This document shows positions 13,602 through 29,104 of a DNA stretch of 64,000 nt, piece by piece. A program made the translations under genes and the position numbers. The notes under the pieces were generated by a model. It searched no databases. It was not told the origin of the DNA and worked only from the letters and a program-made list of their open reading frames with translations. The stretch spans positions 11,036,001 to 11,100,000 of the forward strand of contig OZ024747.1 in the NCBI GenBank assembly GCA_964016885.1. The letters are read 5' to 3'. Every line of letters starts with the position of its first letter. Position 1 is the first letter of the stretch. Origin of the DNA: Eledone cirrhosa (lineage: Eukaryota).

Positions 13602-14308
13602 CAACCGGAGGTATATGGTCTTTAAAGCGAAGAAATACCGATGATGGTTGGAAGATCACTGATGAAGGACCACTTTATTCATATGTGCCCCATTTGCAAC
13701 TCCGCAGCACGTTTATTCTCATATTTACACATATTTTTTCCCCCGCTGTGACCCGTCTATTTCATTCTTACTGCTTCCTCTTTCTCTGTATCTTTACCCT
13801 CTCTAACAATTAATCTCTCTGTTAGCCTCTTCCTCACCCTTCACTCACTCACTCTCTGTTACTACCTCTCCTCCTCCTCCTCCTTCCCGTTTGACCTGTG
13901 CGTAATTCTTTTCTTTCGCACGCTTGGCCAGGCCGGTTCGCCTTTTTTCTCTCTCTCGTCTACGATTTCACAGAACTTATGTTCACCGAATTCAGGGACT
14001 AGACCCCTTCTTCCTCCCGTTAGACCTGTGCGGAATTCCTTCCTTGCTCAAATTTCAACCAGGTTTGATGGTCTTTATTCTCTCTCGTTCACGATTTCAC
14101 CGAACTTATATTCATGGAAATTTGGGACTTGACTCGTTCTTCCTCACTTTTCGTTGCTTCACCATCTTTGTTTGTTTACACTCTCGCTGTTCCCTTTATT
14201 TACGTGTCCCAACGACTTTCTTTAGCCGTTGCTCGCACCAACCGGAGGTATATGGTCTTTAAAGCGAAGAAATACCGATGATGGTTGGAAGATCACTGAT
14301 GAAGGACC

Positions 14309-14315
<7 letters not shown>
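13602..14315. mobile_element. Non-coding element with 77-bp terminal direct repeats (copy 1)
   Basis: Identical repeats at 13602-13678 and 14239-14315. The whole element is homologous to 36027-36738 and ends in (TA)n. Confidence 0.9.
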
Positions 14316-14390
<75 letters not shown>

Positions 14391-14581
14391 AATATACCCT
14401 AAGTATTGAGTACTTTGGTGCGTTGGTGCGCTGGCGAAACAATTGTAACACACAATAAATTGAGTTCAGATGCATCACTGATTTTTTGTTTTATATTATA
14501 TCATACTCTGCTCTGTAAGAGCATAGAGTGCTCAACCGGCATACCACCTATGGAAGCATCTTTCCTAGCTACCACCCGACA

Positions 14582-14642
<61 letters not shown>

Positions 14643-14959
14643 ACCTTCACCCAACCAAAGAGAACTACTCTCTCTCCCTCAAATACCTTTTCTACTCTCT
14701 TCACAGAGATCATTCCTGTACCAATATCGATTCCTTCTAGAAAAGACTAGAATATCATAGAAGCTGTTCTCACTAAAAGCTATTTAACTGGAACGGAAGG
14801 ACTTTTGTTTGGCAAATATTTGTGAAAATAACAAATTTCCTTTATGGCTTCAAGTATGGCGTTATATGGAGGTTGTAAAATGGAATTCTACTTCTCGTTT
14901 TAAACACACGTTCAACAACAAGCCTGCATTCTCCACCTCATCTTCCTCACCCTCCTCCT

Positions 14960-15017
14960 CCTCCTTCTTCTTCTTCTTCGCCTTCTTTTTCTTCTTCTTT
15001 TTCTTCTTCTTTTTCTT

Positions 15018-15048
<31 letters not shown>

Positions 15049-15064
15049 CATCACCACCACCACC

Positions 15065-15107
<43 letters not shown>

Positions 15108-15139
15108 TTACTACTACTACTACTACTACTACTACCATC

Positions 15140-15191
<52 letters not shown>

Positions 15192-15192
15192 T

Positions 15193-15234
<42 letters not shown>

Positions 15235-15241
15235 CATCACC

Positions 15242-15287
<46 letters not shown>

Positions 15288-15288
15288 T

Positions 15289-15321
<33 letters not shown>

Positions 15322-15391
15322 CATCACCACCACTACTACTACTACTACCATCACCACCACTACCATTACCACCACCACCACCACCACCACC

Positions 15392-15427
<36 letters not shown>
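14960..15427. repeat. Compound (TTC)n-(CTA)n-(CAC)n trinucleotide array
   Basis: Alternating CTA and CAC blocks with repeated CATCAC/CATTAC junctions. Confidence 0.9.
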
Positions 15428-15715
15428 GTTCTTTCTTTCTTCTATTCTTTTCTTTCTCTGTTTTTCCTTCTTTTTTTTCTTCTCTATTCAGTTTTATCCC
15501 ACATCCTCTCCACCACCCTCCTCCCCCTCTCCCCATCCCACCCCTCCCCCATTCACCACCCCTCCGCCCTACCCCCTTCTTCCGCATTAAGACGCCATGC
15601 TTTGCATTCTTGAGAATTTCGACTGTCCACTCTATATAATTTTATCGCTTTCTCCGACAACTTTTGCATTTACTTATATATATATACATATACATATATA
15701 TATATCTATATATAT

Positions 15716-15783
<68 letters not shown>

Positions 15784-15814
15784 CTATACATATATATATA
15801 GATATAGATATATA

Positions 15815-15881
<67 letters not shown>

Positions 15882-16166
15882 TATATATATAAATACACTC
15901 ACATACAGACTGTTTGTCCAGAGATAATCAAAACTATTGTGTCTTGTTGGCAGAAGAGCGAAGAAAAAAGGGGAGTTTATGCACTTGTCTATTTATTTAT
16001 AAGTCTTTAGTGGCAGGCTAGATAAGATATGTTGCACGTCGATATATTTATTAACAACAACAACAACAACAATAAATATATAACATAAATAAGTGAGAAT
16101 ATATATAAATATATATATATATAAGTATATAAGTATATATATATATATATATATACATATATATAA

Positions 16167-16209
<43 letters not shown>

Positions 16210-16270
16210 AGTATATAAGTATATATATATATATATATATATATAAGTATATATATATATATATATATAA

Positions 16271-16325
<55 letters not shown>

Positions 16326-16345
16326 TATAAGTATATATCTATATC

Positions 16346-16377
<32 letters not shown>

Positions 16378-16412
16378 TTATATAAATATAAGTATATAAG
16401 TATATATCTATA

Positions 16413-16461
<49 letters not shown>

Positions 16462-16686
16462 ATATATATATATAACTATATATATATAGTGTTCCCCCCC
16501 CCCCTCTCTCCTCTCTTTTGTTCAATACTGCCTGGCTTTCTGTTCTATACCTGAGAGACTATGTGGACGAGGAATGCTGCAAACGCAGTCTCGTCTGTTT
16601 CACTACAATATAGCGATTCTTTCTCTAATGTGAAATCTCGCCATATTACTTCGACGCCATCAGACGACACGTATGAAGGAAAAAGA

Positions 16687-16775
<89 letters not shown>

Positions 16776-17748
16776 CTGTCTACGCAGTTGGGCTGAGTAG
16801 AAAGTTCTTTTTCTTTGCCTTTTTCTTTCTTTTTTTTTTCAAATAAGAAACAAAGTTATGTCGGTCAAGACCGAAAGGCAATCAGATAGATTATAAAGAT
16901 TTCATGTTTTGTATGTGAGGAATAAAATGTTAGTATTTTCTCCCTATTGTGTGATTAGAGAGATGTTTTTCAAAGCGAATTGCCGAACAATAAGACATTT
17001 AAGATAATAGACTGTTGTCTACTCACTAAACATTGGCAATTGTTCGGAAGTTCAACGCCCAACTTACACTTCATAACTAAATCACTAATATATATCTTTC
17101 ACGGCAATTTTCATTCAATTAGATTTCCATCTTACCCTCTATATATCTATTTTTCCATCTACCCACCTATCTATTTATACAATATATCTATCTGTCTCTC
17201 TATTTATATAATATATCTATCTGTCTCTCTATATATATGTCTTTCTATCAGTGGATCAATGTACCATCTATCTATCTATTTCATATTACCTGTCTCTGAC
17301 GGTTTATCTCGCTATTTATCAACATACCTGTTATTTTGTGTCTATTTGCATGTATATTTCTCTACCCCCCCCCCTCTCTCTCCCTCTCTTTCTGCATATA
17401 TATATATGTGTGTGTGTGTGTGTATGTGTGTATGGCTGTCGAAACGGCCGGAGCTCAGCCATCAGGGTCCTGAATCTTTTCCTATTACCTATTCTGTTAC
17501 CCTAAGTATCGAGTATTCTGATTTCAAAGACTTCGTTGGGTGGAACTATTAAGTTATACATGGCTTGGGCCAATACTGGGCGAAACCTATCAAAGTTATA
17601 TATAGCTGTTGAAACAGCCGGAGCTCAGCCGTCGGGGTCCTGACTTTTTTTATTATATATATATATATATATTACCCACTCTACTACCCTAAGTATTGAG
17701 TACTTTGGTGCGTTATGGTCCACTTGGTTCCTTACCACATTTCCTTCG

Positions 17749-17794
<46 letters not shown>

Positions 17795-17854
17795 AATACT
17801 GCCATTACTGGAATTGAACCATCAAGACAGTTGAGGTATGTCACACATAAATTC

Positions 17855-17926
17855 ATATATTTTATCTGATGAGGACGTACTGAAAAAACAGCACAGTACC
17901 TTCGAAATATATATAATAAAACATAT
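17855..17926 (+). ncRNA. Minimal type I hammerhead ribozyme motif
   Basis: TTTTAT-CTGATGA-GGACGTACTG...CAGTACCTTC-GAAA-TATATA-TA-ATAAAA. Helices I and II pair and helix III is palindromic. Confidence 0.8.
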
Positions 17927-17965
17927 ATTTTGATTATGGGAATGTCTTCATTTATTAATATTTTG

Positions 17966-18075
<110 letters not shown>

Positions 18076-18088
18076 CAAAATATTAATA

Positions 18089-18819
18089 AATGATTGTTTA
18101 ACCATCGTCTCAGTGTGTTTGGCCTTTAACGTTTGTTATTGCTCTGGTTCATCTGAATCATTGAGCACTTGCCGCACATCTCGGAGGTTGTTTTTCGTTA
18201 TTTCGTGGGCCGAAATGCAAATCTCGATAATTTATGTTTGTATTATTCTCCAGACTCTAGCTATTGACCAGTTAATTTTCTTGATTTTATAGTTGATTCT
18301 ATTGACTGATGAATAGCTTATGTTAATTCTAACCCTTCTGTTGAGAACTCTATTCGATTTGTGATGTTTTTGCATTCTTGCAAAAATATACACAACTGAA
18401 TTCATTCGCCTGATATAGAGGTTGCCTCCCTTGCCGATCCCCACGTGGGGTCAGCAATAGTCAGTCCTTGTGTTGACATTGAACTGGGACCTGTTGAGAG
18501 GGTGGCTTCCTTGTTCAGTTCGTCTTACCAGAAGCCTGACATTGTTTGTGTAGCGGGCGGTGCTTGATTTGGGAGCCGCGGAAACCCATATATTGGATTT
18601 TGCCAACCTTCCAGGGGTCCGGGTAAATTTTCAATACCCGAATTACTTGATCGTTTTTTGGAGGGCTATGCGAATGATTGTTTAACCATCGTCTCAGTGT
18701 GTTTGGCCTTTAACGTTTGTTATAGCTCTGGTTCATCTGAATCATTGAGCACTTGCCTCACATCTCGGAGGTTGTTTTTCGTTATTTCGTGGGCCGAAAT
18801 GCGAATCTCGATAATTTAT

Positions 18820-18823
<4 letters not shown>
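18089..18823. mobile_element. Non-coding element with ~150-bp terminal direct repeats
   Basis: 18089-18239 repeats at 18673-18823 with about 3 mismatches. Bounded by (TA)n tracts. Confidence 0.85.
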
Positions 18824-18874
<51 letters not shown>

Positions 18875-19007
18875 AACTTAACAAATTTAACAAACACAAT
18901 TTTAAAAGGAAAACCTTTAAAAATATTTTTTTTAAAGTAAAAATATAAACGAAGGACACAGAACTCCAGGGTCATCGGTCGTTGACAGTTTCGACCCCTA
19001 CCCACGT

Positions 19008-19039
<32 letters not shown>

Positions 19040-19269
19040 TATAAAGAGAGAGAGAAAGAAAGAGAGGGAGATGTAAACGTAGGTACAGTATAGACAACCG
19101 CTTGTTAATCTCTTTGCCTCACACCACTCCCCGTCTCTTTTCCCCCCCTCTCTCTCGCCATCTTTCTATCACTATCCCTGTGCGCATCAGTCTCTCCATC
19201 TATCATTCAATCTACCTATCTATCTTGCTGTGTATCCCCCCCCCCTTCTCTCTCTCTCTCATTCCTTCT

Positions 19270-19330
<61 letters not shown>

Positions 19331-19332
<2 letters not shown>

Positions 19333-19790
19333 GCTATGGCGAAAGAGGTTGTATGGTGGACAAGGTTGAAAGGGCTGAGGTCAGACACCCTTCTCTCCGG
19401 CCAACAACTGATTCTTCTTTTCAAATACCACTTTGGAAGAAGAATCAGGATGGAGAGAGAGGTGCTGTACCCCAGCAAGTTTTATGAAAGGTGGGTGAAA
19501 GTGGCGAGAATGGCCCGAGTGAATGGGCCTTCTCTCTATATCAGCCTGTAGGTTGAGGAAAAGGAGGAGGAGGAGAGGAAAGGAGTACAAACTCTTCGTA
19601 CTCCTGGAGATGAGGGTTGCACATTTTTTCGGGGGTATGTGTTACCCATATGAACTGTCTCCCCCTATTGGGTAAAATCGACTAATTTTTAAATTGCATT
19701 TGTGATAATATTTTACACGTTTTTATTGTATGTAAACTTGCCCCTTTGTATTTGTCCCCTTCTTTTGTGCCCCTGTGGCTAATAAAGAAA
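19331..19790 (+). mobile_element. L1/Tx1-clade non-LTR retrotransposon, 3' fragment in (TCTA)n
   Basis: Encodes AMAKEVVWWTRLKGLRSDT...ERWVKVARMARVNG, homologous to the C-termini at 50386 and 59143. Ends AATAAAGAAA followed by (TATC)n. Confidence 0.92.
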
Positions 19791-19792
19791 CA

Positions 19793-19835
<43 letters not shown>

Positions 19836-20345
19836 TTATTTATCTATCTACCTGTCTAACTATCTGTGTATCCCTCCCTCTCTCTTTTCCATTGTTTCTT
19901 TTCTCTTTCTCTCTCTCTCACTTTATTCTTTCTCTGTATCTCACTACACTCATCTTACTCCCCCAGCCCCCCCCCCCTATCTCCTCCCTCTCTTCCCCCT
20001 CCACCCCCTCTTCCTCACCATTTCCAGGGCTGTACACTACATATACATTCTCTCCTGTAACAGATATACTTGCTTCAATCTAAACCTCTTCATACGGCCA
20101 CGCCTCTTTCTCCCTTCAGAGATCAATAATCCTGATCGTGATTGATACCTGTGTTGCTTGACTTTATGTTAAGTCGTTAATTATCACCTACAACTAACGA
20201 CCCCAGCCCCACCCCTCTCTCTCTCTCTCTCTCCCTTTCTCACCTATCACCACATTACATCGACACTAAATATATATTGCAATCACACACACACACACAC
20301 ACACAGATACATGCATACACACATAAATACATACATATATATATG

Positions 20346-20431
<86 letters not shown>

Positions 20432-20573
20432 ATATAGAAAAGCTTCTACAGGATTAGAACTGTTTCATTCGGGAGAAATCATTCTCCCGAAGGAAACAGT
20501 TCTATAATATTTATACTCTGCTATGTATTGAGTACCTTACTTACTGATTGAACCCGGGAATAATATATATATA

Positions 20574-20624
<51 letters not shown>

Positions 20625-20667
20625 TAGAGAAAATTTTAGAGAAAGTATATGGAACTTTTTTAACCAT

Positions 20668-20728
<61 letters not shown>

Positions 20729-20762
20729 ACAGAAGTTAAAAGATGGTTAAAAAAGTTCCATA

Positions 20763-20832
20763 TATTTTATTATGCACATTTCGGAAACAACATCATCCTG
20801 GGACAAAAATTGTGTTCTCATCAGATAAAATA
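20763..20832 (-). ncRNA. Minimal type I hammerhead ribozyme motif
   Basis: Minus strand: TATTTTAT-CTGATGA-GAACACAAT...GTTGTTTCC-GAAA-TGTGCA-TA-ATAAAATA, with an 8-bp helix I. Confidence 0.75.
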
Positions 20833-20990
20833 AGGTAACATGATATGAGGTCTAAAAACACTTGTCAACAAAAAAGTGTCCAGTCTACATATGACAAAAT
20901 ATACGAGTAAGTTGAGTGCTACTTATCTGATATATGCATAGTTTTATTGTTCTACAATATTACTCACCTTCTACATATATAAATAAATAA

Positions 20991-21072
<82 letters not shown>

Positions 21073-21200
21073 ATATATACATATGTATGTATATGTATGT
21101 ATATGTATATTATATTATACATATATATTTCCTGTACCTTTCCTACGGAAATACTTCATTTATATATATATATATATATATATATGTAGAAAATTACACT

Positions 21201-21313
<113 letters not shown>

Positions 21314-21392
21314 GCAACCAGAAATATCAAAGCAAACGACACAGTACAATGAAGAAATAAATTATTTTTACGCTTGATATAGTAGGGAAAGA

Positions 21393-21429
21393 GTCTTAAT
21401 GTTTCGGACGCAAGTCCTTCATCAGAAGA
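21393..21429 (-). ncRNA. Degenerate minimal hammerhead motif
   Basis: Minus strand: TCTT-CTGATGA-AGGAC-TTGC-GTCC-GAAA-CAT-TA-AGA. Helix III may be a CpG-decayed ACGT palindrome (inference). Confidence 0.55.
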
Positions 21430-21833
21430 TAGAATGAGAAATTAAAAAAGAAATAGAAAGATTGAGGAGATGGGGGAAAATGGAAACAAAATTTTATAGA
21501 AAAAGAACAGGTCCATGCATGTCGCCATCTCTTGCACAACTTTTGATGCTGGCGTTTTGTGTATGATTTACTTTATTTGAAAAGGTGGTGAAGGAACACG
21601 TCCATCTGAAGGGGAGGAAAAACTTTTAGTATATAGAGCTGTGCACGTGCGTATACGTGTGTGTGTGTGTGTGTGTGTGTGTTTATACGTCTGTGCGAAG
21701 CTAAAAGGATATTTGCGTGTATATGTAAGTAAAATAGTGTGTGTGTGTGTGGGTTCGTAAGTACGAAGCTGTTAGCAAATATATGTATATATAAGGATGT
21801 GTGTGTGTGTGTGTGTGTGTTTGTGTGTGTGTG

Positions 21834-21924
<91 letters not shown>

Positions 21925-22022
21925 AGAGCTGTGAAGGTAAATACAGAGGTGTGTGTGCATTTTTATTGGCCTGTATATACTGAAGATTGTATGTTTGGGA
22001 TTATAGCAGAGCCATAGGAACC

Positions 22023-22064
<42 letters not shown>

Positions 22065-22083
22065 CAGCTTCCTATGGGTCTGT

Positions 22084-22175
<92 letters not shown>

Positions 22176-22221
22176 TAAATATATATATATATATATATAC
22201 ATACAGCTTCCTATGGGTCTG

Positions 22222-22264
<43 letters not shown>

Positions 22265-23128
22265 TACAGGGGCGGTGGAAGTATTTCTGGAATGGCTGGG
22301 CCAAATTTGGACAATTTATTTGTAGTGATTAGTTTAGCTCATGGTACTCTAAAGGGGCCAGAAAACCTCGATATGCGATAAACATAACATGTACGTAAAT
22401 TGTAGCGGATATCCAGATAGATGTGTTTTGTTAGTTTGGGGAGATATATATATATACGCACATAAAAACGCACCCGCACTTACACACACACACACACACA
22501 CACTTAAAACACACACATGTACACACGCATATACACATTCAGAGCCACACACAGTGCGCGTCTGCATGCATGTCAGTATATGTGCATGTGAGTGAGTGTG
22601 TGTGTGTGTGTGTGTGCGCGCGCCCACTGTGTGTGTGTGTGCATGTATGTGTGTCTGTGCATATGAGTGTGTGCGTGTGTGTGTTTGTGAGTGTGAGTGT
22701 GTGTGTCTGTGTATATGTGTGAGTGTGTGTGTGTATGTGTGTGTGTGAGTGTGTGTGTGTGTGTTAATCTCGTCTGTAAGATGTTCTTATTAGACTGCAG
22801 AACAAAGATGAAAGGAAATGTGTGAGAATGGTTTAGGCGCCGACAATGAAGTAGTGACGTAACACAGACACTGCACTCATTGACTCCAAGGCATTACCTC
22901 CCCTTGTAAACTTCAATTCACATGCATTGTTGCACTGTCTCTGAGCATGTAAGAGGTAAGATGGAAACTGAACAGCTAAAACGATACAAACTCCTCGCAT
23001 TGTATTTTGATCCTGCACGGAAGTGAATTTCCTTCACTGACATCGCAAGCGACCCTATTCGGCTTTAACTGCATCAAACAATGCGCATGTTCACCCACAC
23101 ACCCTCCCTCTCTCCCTCTCACATACAT

Positions 23129-23159
<31 letters not shown>

Positions 23160-23162
23160 TAC

Positions 23163-23194
<32 letters not shown>

Positions 23195-23262
23195 ATTTAT
23201 ATATATATATATATATATACATACATATATGTATACACGCACACATACACACGCACTCAAAG

Positions 23263-23298
<36 letters not shown>

Positions 23299-23338
23299 AC
23301 ATATATGTATACACGCACACATACACACGCACTCAAAG

Positions 23339-23371
<33 letters not shown>

Positions 23372-23546
23372 GTATTAAGGATACTATTTATGGTTATGTA
23401 TATAATAAAACCTTTTATGGTTATATATTTTTTATACAAACCCCAAATAGTGAAAGATAGTCATTTATTACTACCTTATTACCAGTAAGATAAATAGCTC
23501 AATGTCATAACATCAGTTGTTTTACAGAGCAGTTATATAGAGATTA

Positions 23547-24219
23547 CAATAATCAAAGTTCAGTTTAAATCATTTATTTGCTTACAATTGTTTCCTCCAA
23601 ACCGAGGTTTGGATTCTTCGGAGCAACTATTTAGTGATCTATAACATACTTGAGATCCTTTTCAACACAAGAGACATATAAAAATATATGCATATATTGA
23701 CCCACAGTGGGATGACATCCATCAAAATGATATAGCATGGCAATTTACATATACAGGTTAAAGGATAAAAATAAAAATAAAAATAAAAATAAAAATGCCA
23801 ATGTTTCATTTTTATTTTTATTTTTATTTTTATTTTTATTTTTATTTTTATTTTTATTTTTATTTTTATTTTTATTTTTATTTTTATTTTTATTTTTATT
23901 TTTATTTTAATTTTTATTTTTATTTTTATTTTTATTTTTATTTTTATTTTTATTTTTATTTTTATTTTTATTTTTATTTTTATTTTTATTTTTATTTTTA
24001 TCCTTTAACCTGTATATGTAAATTGCCATGCTATATCATTTTGATGGATGTCATCCCACTGTGGGTCAATATATGCATATGTTTTTATATGTCTCTTGTG
24101 TTGAAAAGGAGGTCAAGTATGTTATAGATCACTAAATAGTTGCTCCGAAGAATCCAAACCTCGGTTTGGAGGAAACAATTGTAAGCAAATAAATGATTTA
24201 AACTGAACTTTGATTATTG
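23547..24219. repeat. Long inverted repeat (~250-bp arms) with asymmetric (TTTTTA)n
   Basis: 23547-23797 is the near-perfect reverse complement of ~23807-24219 once the hexamer expansion is discounted. Central loop is about CCAATGTTT. Confidence 0.95.
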
Positions 24220-24266
<47 letters not shown>

Positions 24267-24876
24267 TAAAATTATATTTTTATATATATATATTGTTTTG
24301 CAAGGTTTTTTATATGAAATCGTGTGTTGAAACAAATATTGTTATATTTGGGGAGGGTCATATTGTTATAATATTGCCAGAAATAATAATAAAACACACT
24401 CACTGTTTGGGTTGGTTTTCGCTTCTGCATCTTTTATATCTCCACAGTTAATTTAGCTGGCAATCAATGTTTATCATTGATTGACCAACGGTTAAAAATA
24501 TAGATATAAATATGTATATATTCTGTCATAGTTCTTTCATCACACATCTGTGACTGTGGAATTTAGAATAACTAATTTCTATATTACATGATCTATTTCT
24601 TCTAATATATAAAAACCACTTTCATTCCCAGGCAACGCCGGGTACCTCTCCTAGTATATACATATATACATTTTTGCCAATCGCTGTCTAACAGCATTTA
24701 GCTGTTTTCACGACTGTTCTAGCGATGAGTCTTCTCAGTTATATATATATAAGTATATATATATATATATGTATATGTTTATGTGTGTATATATATATAT
24801 TAGAAAGTGAGGTTTTTTTTTACAAAATGAAAAATAACCGAGGTGTCCTAACCACAGACCCTCCATCTCAACTCAC

Positions 24877-24912
24877 CTTTTGAAAAGCAGAAGAACTGCG
24901 AAACCGGTAAAG
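24877..24912 (+). ncRNA. Minimal hammerhead motif, U3-A8 core variant
   Basis: CTT-TTGAAAA-GCAG-AAGAA-CTGC-GAAA-CCGG-TA-AAG, followed by AATAAA. Confidence 0.65.
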
Positions 24913-24982
24913 CAACCAAATAAATATATATATTTTTTTTAAAAATAGGACTCCAGTTGCATTTTCGATTTCATATCTTTTT

Positions 24983-25030
<48 letters not shown>

Positions 25031-25189
25031 TGTTAGTGGGTCATATTTGTGAAAGGAAATGAACTCACGGGCATCATTAACCGGGCACCCTAACCACTAA
25101 GCCACGCTACATCACAACAACAATGACACAGATTAAACTAATTGTTCTTTTCTTCATATTTATACTTTGATGTCTTGCCGACAACATAC

Positions 25190-25243
25190 CTGGAATTGAT
25201 GTCCAGAAAGGAAATCTATAGTCACAGATTTATTATCCAATAT
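25190..25243 (-). CDS. Candidate 54-nt symmetric internal exon
   Basis: ATCTATTTCAACAG|ILDNKSVTIDFLSGHQFQ|GTATGT. Only phase 0 is open. Confidence 0.3.
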
Positions 25244-25652
25244 CTGTTGAAATAGATTCAAGATCCATCCTCGAAATCTTGGGTTTCCAACCAGATAATT
25301 AGACTTAAAACGGGGGTGTAGGTGTGGTGCTGGGGCGGGGGGGGGGGGGGTCGTATGTTGACAAGTAAGAGGAGGTCCCAGGAGAAGAAGAGAAATCAAG
25401 TTGAGCTCATTCAGCATCAATTACGCTCCATTCAAATACATCAGTTGAGACGGGGGCAGTCATCTTCAATCGGTTGATTTCCCAAAAGAGTTTATCACAG
25501 ATCTACATTTACCGAGCGATGTTTCACTGATTCCTAGAATACTAAACTTTGATGATGGCCGAAATTGATTCAAGACATTTTCTTATAAATATCATAAATA
25601 TCAATAAATGTTTTATTTTGTGTTGACGTTCTGAACACACACACGCAATTAC

Positions 25653-25764
<112 letters not shown>

Positions 25765-25807
25765 GTGTGTATATATATACATATATATACTCACACACAC
25801 ATATATT

Positions 25808-25880
<73 letters not shown>

Positions 25881-25938
25881 ACATACACACATATATACAT
25901 ACACACATATATATATATATATATATATACATATATAC

Positions 25939-27230
<1,292 letters not shown>

Positions 27231-27318
27231 ATTTTTCATTCTTTTTTTACCTTTTCATTTTCTTAGTCTTTTTCCTTCTGTTTACAATCGAATACTACTA
27301 CTACTACTGCTGCTGATG

Positions 27319-27394
<76 letters not shown>

Positions 27395-27547
27395 ACTACT
27401 GACGTTTCCTTAAACAACGACCTTTATTTGCGAGCCTGAGATCTTGTGCGTTTACCCCATGGCAGTTGCCGACAGATTAAATGTCACTGAGAATGAGAAG
27501 GCCTCCCTGTTGCAATAGAATATATATATAGATAGATATATAGATAG

Positions 27548-27600
<53 letters not shown>

Positions 27601-27706
27601 CATATATGCATATATATATACATATATATATATATGAGAGAGACAGAGAGAGAGAGAGAGAAGGAGAGAAAGAGAGATAGATATAGCTCGATAGGTAGAT
27701 AGATAA

Positions 27707-27798
<92 letters not shown>

Positions 27799-28194
27799 CT
27801 AAGATTTCTTACTCTACATAAACTATATCAATACAGTTATTAGAAGATGATAAGATACAGCTTCTTTTCTTGATACTACAAGGAATTAGTTCTATGATAA
27901 TGTAGATATGATGGGCCCTTCCGTCGTATTTCGACTTATGAGGGTTCAACAGTCCTATCAGTTCATTTTGTTATGGTTATGCCTTAAATGACACTTCAAA
28001 ACAAAAGCAATAAATACACTCTTTACCAATAAAGAGTGAAAACTATAATAGAGACGATGTTTGGGGTCACTACAACCAGAACTCTTCAAGCTGATCCCCC
28101 TCAGCAAGGCACTTCGATACCACTATATATATATACACAGTTTCAGAAGATCTCGTTAAGGGTGAAAGCAGCGATTATTTGCTTAAACTATACA

Positions 28195-28232
<38 letters not shown>

Positions 28233-28354
28233 AAACAGTTCTAGTCCTGTAGAAGCCATTTCTATATTAAATATTTATACTCTGCTATGTATTGAGTACC
28301 TTACTTACTGTTAAACGTAATGAAGGAATAACCAATCGTCCTTGTTATGTTATT

Positions 28355-28429
<75 letters not shown>

Positions 28430-29062
28430 GCTCCCCTAATCATCTATTCAGGATCAGAAGGAAGGGAGAGGAGAATTAAACAGACGATCTACCTCAAACG
28501 AATTTAAAGCAATACAGTTTGATTAGTTTCATTCGTGAGCTGTCTAATTCCCATTGGTTGTTTTAAACTGGGTGTTTACCAATGGCGTATGCCATAAAGT
28601 CTCCTTTTAGTCTCGTTTGATATACAACGTATATCCACGCCATACACTACAATATGATTTCGTATAAATAATTATTGAAGTCTTTTGTGGTCAAATTATT
28701 GATTACAATTCCCTTTTTATTCCTTTAGCAGTATTGTTTTTGGCTGTTGCACAATTAAATATCTCGTTAGTCATTTAGAAAATTACTGTTAATATCACTA
28801 TGTGTGGAACTTTAATGAATTCTAATTTCTTGGCTTGCAAACACAAACTTTACTGTGAAGCTTTCATAAGCCAAGACGATGTCGTCGTTTAGCCCTGGTC
28901 GATGAAACTATGATCACGACCAATTTGGAATCGATACGATCGACTGAAAACCCTGGAAATGCTGTCGCAGTAAGACCGCAGTTAACAAAACTACTAACAA
29001 CATAAAACAATTAACTATTACAATATATGTTGTTTTGTTTTGTTTTGTTTGTTTTTGTTGCG

Positions 29063-29095
<33 letters not shown>

Positions 29096-29104
29096 GTTAT
29101 TGTT

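Noticed and set aside
16551-16692. 47-codon open minus-strand frame ending at CAG|GTATAG
   Set aside because: No pyrimidine-rich acceptor (preceded by (GA)n) and a weak donor.
24690-24740. Minus-strand CTGAGAA...GAAA motif
   Set aside because: C3/A8 mismatch, offset helix II and no helix I.
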